A DNA stretch of 64,000 nucleotides, taken from contig DATJMX010000002.1 in the NCBI GenBank assembly GCA_035508495.1, positions 91,487 through 155,486 on the forward strand, given 5' to 3'. This document shows positions 60,128 to 64,000 of the stretch, one piece after another (the stretch's first letter is position 1; the number at the start of each line of letters is the position of its first letter). The DNA is from Candidatus Binataceae bacterium (lineage in GTDB: Bacteria; Desulfobacterota; Binatia; Binatales; Binataceae). Under the pieces are notes generated by a model, which saw only the letters and a program-made list of their open reading frames with translations, was not told the origin of the DNA and searched no databases. A program made the translations under genes and the position numbers.

Positions 60128-60195
60128 GATGCTTCCCTCGCGAATACGCCGACTATATCACAAACGTCTCGAACGTATGATGTTCAGCCGACTAG

Positions 60196-61557
60196 TCAAT
60201 TGGCAATCAGGATTCGCGCCCAGCGCGGCGGCACTGGCAGAAGGCGCCGTGTGCCGGCGCCATTGAACTTCTCGTCGTTGTTGAGCTTATCGACCAGGTG
60301 GCTGAAGCCGCCGGGTAGTCGCAGGGGAATCTGCGCGGTGTGCGCGGAGGCATTCAGAGCGATGACAATCGATTCACTGTGAAACCGTCTGATGAATGCG
60401 AACTGTTCCGGCGCGACATGAAGCTCCGCGTAATCGCCGACCTGGAGCGCGCGGAGCTGGTGCCGCAATGCGATTAGCTTTTTGACCGCGGCGCACAGCT
60501 CGGGATGCGGTGCGTGATGGGAGAGCGCGCGAATATCCAGCGCGGGCCTGAGCGAAGCATCGGTACCGTGCTGCTTGCGGCCTTCGATTCCGAATTCGCT
60601 GCCATAATAAATCGACGGTACTCCCGGCATCGTCATCAGCAGCGCGTAAAGCGGATACAGTAGCGTCGGCTCGCGCAGGATACTCGCGGCGCGGGTGACG
60701 TCGTGATTGTCCACGAAATTGTAGAGCGGAATTCCACGATACATACCCTCGGGTCCGAATTCGCGATTCAACGAATATGCAATCTCGAAATAGTTCCGAT
60801 CGTTGAGACTCGACCACAGCCCTTTGTAAGCCTCGTAGTTAGTCGTCGATGCAAGTGCGCCCGGATGAGCCCAATTGCGGTAGTCGCCGTGCACAACTTC
60901 GCCCATTAGCCAGAAGGCCGGCTTGATTCGCCGGCAATACTCACTCAGCTCGTGAATGAAATCGGCGTCGAGGCCGTCGGCGACATCGAGTCGGAGTCCA
61001 TCGATCTCGAAACGCTCGACCCACGATGAAACCGCGTCGAGCAGATGTTTTCGGACCGCCGCGCTTTTCAGATTGAGCTTCACCAGATCGTAGTTGCCGG
61101 CCCAGCCTTTGTAGTGAAACGGCTCGCCGTACGGGCTGCGGCGAGAAAAATCGAGATGGAACCAATCGCAATACTGCGACTCGCGGCCGCGCTCGCGTAC
61201 ATCGCGGAAGGCCCAGAAATCGCGCCCCGTGTGATGAAAGACGGCATCGAGCACGAGGCGGATTCCGCGCCGGTGCAGATCGCGCGAAAAATTTCCAAGG
61301 GCATCATCGTTGCCAAGCCGGCGATCGACCTTGAAAAGGTCAGCGGTGTCGTAGCCATGAGAGCTCGACTCGAAAACCGGGCCGAGCAGCAGCGCATTGA
61401 TTCCGAGATGTTCGAAATGATTGATCCATTCTCGCAATGTCGAAATGCGATCGACGCACGGCGCGTCGAAATCATTGCGCGCGGGCGCGCCGAGGCATCC
61501 GAGGGGAAATAGATGATAGAAAATCGTGCGCCATGACCAATGCTCGTTATCGATCAT
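60196..61557 (-). CDS. GH13 alpha-amylase-family glycoside hydrolase
   Basis: GH13 conserved regions: LDAVFHHTG, GLRLDVADG, FWLMGEVVH, FVDNHD. Confidence 0.8.
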   Translation of the reverse strand: MIDNEHWSWRTIFYHLFPLGCLGAPARNDFDAPCVDRISTLREWINHFEHLGINALLLGPVFESSSHGYDTADLFKVDRRLGNDDALGNFSRDLHRRGIRLVLDAVFHHTGRDFWAFRDVRERGRESQYCDWFHLDFSRRSPYGEPFHYKGWAGNYDLVKLNLKSAAVRKHLLDAVSSWVERFEIDGLRLDVADGLDADFIHELSEYCRRIKPAFWLMGEVVHGDYRNWAHPGALASTTNYEAYKGLWSSLNDRNYFEIAYSLNREFGPEGMYRGIPLYNFVDNHDVTRAASILREPTLLYPLYALLMTMPGVPSIYYGSEFGIEGRKQHGTDASLRPALDIRALSHHAPHPELCAAVKKLIALRHQLRALQVGDYAELHVAPEQFAFIRRFHSESIVIALNASAHTAQIPLRLPGGFSHLVDKLNNDEKFNGAGTRRLLPVPPRWARILIAN

Positions 61558-61629
61558 TTTGATACCTACCGTTCGGTATAGATTGAAGACGCGGATATTT
61601 CGGGGCTTCGGCGCATCGGGTCACAAAGC

Positions 61630-62247
61630 CTACGAATAAATGCCGTGGCTGAATTGATGCACGATATCGCGGCGCAGCCGGTCGGTGATCACCAGATGCT
61701 CGTTGAGCTGCAACGCAACGTAGCTGTTGATCATACCGACCAGCGTCACGGCGTAGCGGCGATGGCGGCCGCGCATGTTACCGTGCTCGCGCACTGCGGC
61801 GGCGAACATCTCCTCGAGGATCGCCTGGCGGCGCGCATAGTGATGCGTCGCGACGCGATATGCGTCACTGTCTTTGGGGGCAAAATACAGCGCCAGTTCA
61901 AGGCGGTAGAAATCCGGTTCGCGCGAGGCGAAATCAACGTAGGCGGCAACGATGCGGTCGAGGGTCAACGGCAGATCGCGCTCGTAGCGGGCCGCCGCAC
62001 GGACCGCATCATCGAGCGCCACCGCGTGCTCGGCAAATATCGCCTCGAGTAGACCCTGCTTGCTGCCGAAGAAATGATAGAGCGTGGGCTTGGCGACCCC
62101 GGCACTTTCGACGATCTCCTGCACCCCGACGGCATCGTAGCCGCGACGGGCAAAGAGCCCGCGCGCCGCGCGTATCAGACCTGTCCGCGAATCCACATCA
62201 AAATATATACCGTTCGGTACATATTGAGGCAATACCGCGGTTAGCAA
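61630..62247 (-). CDS. TetR/AcrR-family transcriptional regulator
   Basis: HTH: YDAVGVQEIVESAGVAKPTLYHFFGSKQGL. Confidence 0.75.
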   Translation of the reverse strand: MLTAVLPQYVPNGIYFDVDSRTGLIRAARGLFARRGYDAVGVQEIVESAGVAKPTLYHFFGSKQGLLEAIFAEHAVALDDAVRAAARYERDLPLTLDRIVAAYVDFASREPDFYRLELALYFAPKDSDAYRVATHHYARRQAILEEMFAAAVREHGNMRGRHRRYAVTLVGMINSYVALQLNEHLVITDRLRRDIVHQFSHGIYS

Positions 62248-62347
62248 TGTAACGAAAAAGGCCGATGCGCCTGTAGGTGCATCGGCCTTCGCGGCAGAAC
62301 GCGCAGGGCCGGTTCCTTCGCCGGCTCAGGCGCGTCCCGCTGCCGCG

Positions 62348-63511
62348 TCAGGCTGCCCGTGCTGACTGCTGCGGACGTTCGCTTTCGACGTTTTTGAAAT
62401 AAGGAATCACGTACCTGCCGACCAGTTTGATCGTGTCCATGATCGCCTGATGCGGCATGCGGCCGACCTGGACCAGCAGCATCAACTCGTCGATACCGGC
62501 GGCAGGATACTTTGCCACGCCGGCGATGCAATCGTCGGGGTTGCCGCAGATGACGGTGCCAGTAGCCGACGCGGTTTCGATATTGAAGGCCGAGGGCTCG
62601 AGCGGCGTAATTGGCAGCGGCGCATTTGGATCGAGCTGCTTATTCTTGCTCGAAATCAACGCCTCGGAAATATTCGAATAGTATTTGTACGACTGCGCAT
62701 TCTTCGGAATATACAGTTTCTGGCCGAGATCCCAGAAGAAGCGCATGTTCGGCTCTGCGACTGCATATGCCTTATCGCGCGTTTCCGCGCAGCAGGCCAT
62801 CGCAGACGACGCGACCTGATTATTGACAAAAGCGCCCGCGGGATTGGTGCAGGCTTCCGCCGCGGCGCGATAGAGCCCGATTTGATTTTCAAGCATGCCC
62901 GGCGCAGTGAAGCCGAATGACAACAGCCCGAGCCCGAGCCGTCCCGCGCGCTGGAAGCTTGAGGGCTGCGTCGCCGCATGCCAGAGCGGCGGATGCGGCT
63001 TCTGGAGCGGCTTGGGCAGAACCGCGCGCTCCGGCATCTTGAGATACTTGCCGTCGAAGGAAACCGTCTCGTTCATCCACATCTTCGGGATCGCGCGCAC
63101 CGACTCTTCCCATTGGTCGAGGGTCTCATCGGGATCGATATTGAAGCCGCCAAGTTCCTGTTCGGTGATCGACCTGCCCGTGCCGAGCTCGACGCGGCCA
63201 TTGGAGAGAAGATCAAGCACCGCGGCGCGTTCGGCGACACGAACCGGATGATTGTACTTGTGCGGCAGGAGCACCACGCCGTGGCCGAGGCGGATACGCT
63301 GGGTGCGCTGACTAATCGCACCGAAGAACACTTCGGGCGCTGAGCTGTGCGAGTACTCAGTCAGAAAATGATGTTCAACGAACCAGGCCGCGTGAAATCC
63401 CATTTCCTCGGCCAGTTCGATCTGTGCCATGGCCTGCCAGTACGTGTTGTACTCGGACTTCTCGGTCCACGGCTTGGCCATCTGGAGTTCATAGATAAGT
63501 GAGATTCGCAT
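62348..63511 (-). CDS. LLM-class (luciferase-like) flavin-dependent oxidoreductase
   Basis: TIM-barrel LLM motifs (HHFLTEYSHSSAPEVFFGAIS; GRVELGTG). Confidence 0.8.
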   Translation of the reverse strand: MRISLIYELQMAKPWTEKSEYNTYWQAMAQIELAEEMGFHAAWFVEHHFLTEYSHSSAPEVFFGAISQRTQRIRLGHGVVLLPHKYNHPVRVAERAAVLDLLSNGRVELGTGRSITEQELGGFNIDPDETLDQWEESVRAIPKMWMNETVSFDGKYLKMPERAVLPKPLQKPHPPLWHAATQPSSFQRAGRLGLGLLSFGFTAPGMLENQIGLYRAAAEACTNPAGAFVNNQVASSAMACCAETRDKAYAVAEPNMRFFWDLGQKLYIPKNAQSYKYYSNISEALISSKNKQLDPNAPLPITPLEPSAFNIETASATGTVICGNPDDCIAGVAKYPAAGIDELMLLVQVGRMPHQAIMDTIKLVGRYVIPYFKNVESERPQQSARAA

Positions 63512-63525
63512 AACACCTCCTGCGC

Positions 63526-63978
63526 CTATTGCCTTAGCAACTCGTGCTCGTGTTCTTCGATTTCTGAGTAAACCTCGCGCTCGAGCGTGCGATAACGCTC
63601 GAGCGTGCGTGCGAGGCGGGCATTATCATCGCGTTGGGTGGCGAGCTGGTTGAGCTTCGCCGTGATCCACTGGAGATGCCATTCTTCGTCGCGCGCGACA
63701 TCGGCCAGCAATTCGGCCGTTACTGGATCGACGTCTTTCATTGCCGCATGCGCCAGGTAGCGGCTTTGGGCACGTTCCTCCGTGATGAGAGTGAGCGCGA
63801 AAATTTCGACTAAATCGGTCGGCACGCCGATTTTGGCATGGAGACGGCGTTGATAGCCGTCTGCAACCTCGATCGGCGTGCCGCCGAGCTGTGCGATCCG
63901 CTCTGACCAAAGCAGCGCGTGGCGGGTCTCGTCGGCGAGATGCCGGGTCAACTTGGCCTGTGCATCGGGGTCATGCAT
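63526..63978 (-). CDS. Ferritin-like/diiron-fold protein, hypothetical
   Basis: Helical, with E...H pairs (DETRHALLW; DEEWHLQW). The real start could lie upstream near the right window edge. Confidence 0.45.
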   Translation of the reverse strand: MHDPDAQAKLTRHLADETRHALLWSERIAQLGGTPIEVADGYQRRLHAKIGVPTDLVEIFALTLITEERAQSRYLAHAAMKDVDPVTAELLADVARDEEWHLQWITAKLNQLATQRDDNARLARTLERYRTLEREVYSEIEEHEHELLRQ

Positions 63979-64000
63979 CAGTCGGGTCAGAGCGAGAAGG

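Overview
This is a high-GC (~65%) bacterial chromosomal window with soil-bacterium character; Acidobacteriota-like is only a guess. Genes are densely packed on both strands. I see no rRNA, tRNA, CRISPR array, integrase, transposase or obvious prophage. The supplied ORF track omits ORFs truncated by the window edge and calls GTG starts as M, so I adjusted several starts.

Main content, left to right:
- 1-8.5 kb: an exopolysaccharide-export-type locus on the minus strand. It holds a Wza-like Poly_export/SLBB protein that runs off the left edge, a lipoprotein, a NusG/RfaH-family paralog and a large outer-membrane beta-barrel, read from a ~500-bp leader. A secreted repeat protein is transcribed divergently.
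- 8.6-13.9 kb: a peroxide-stress module. A Fur-family (PerR-like) regulator with a Fur-type box over its own promoter is followed by rubrerythrin, an HdrD/GlcF-like Fe-S protein with CCG domains, and a DUF3501-like protein. An unusually long di-heme cytochrome c peroxidase/MauG-family protein is transcribed divergently.
- 14-17.7 kb: thiD-tenA, then two tandem patatin paralogs separated by a short-repeat-rich spacer.
- 17.8-21 kb: a membrane-lipid remodelling pair (CFA-synthase-family methyltransferase and acyl-CoA desaturase) next to a KirBac-type K+ channel.
- 21.2-23.6 kb: two FtsX-family ABC permeases with no ATPase gene.
- 23.6-45 kb: mixed metabolic genes, including a divergent TetR / enoyl-CoA hydratase-SDR-MFS module with clear operator repeats and a CHASE3 hybrid histidine kinase.
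- 45.2-48.5 kb: a second periplasmic redox operon (di-heme CCP, Tat-exported metallophosphoesterase, mono-heme cytochrome c).
- 48.7 kb onward: an orphan addiction-module antitoxin-like gene and further housekeeping genes.

The candidates for a poorly described system are the PerR-rubrerythrin-CCG-DUF3501 operon, the NusG-paralog-containing envelope/EPS operon, and the CCP-metallophosphoesterase-cytochrome c operon. I found no canonical phage-defense or mobile system.
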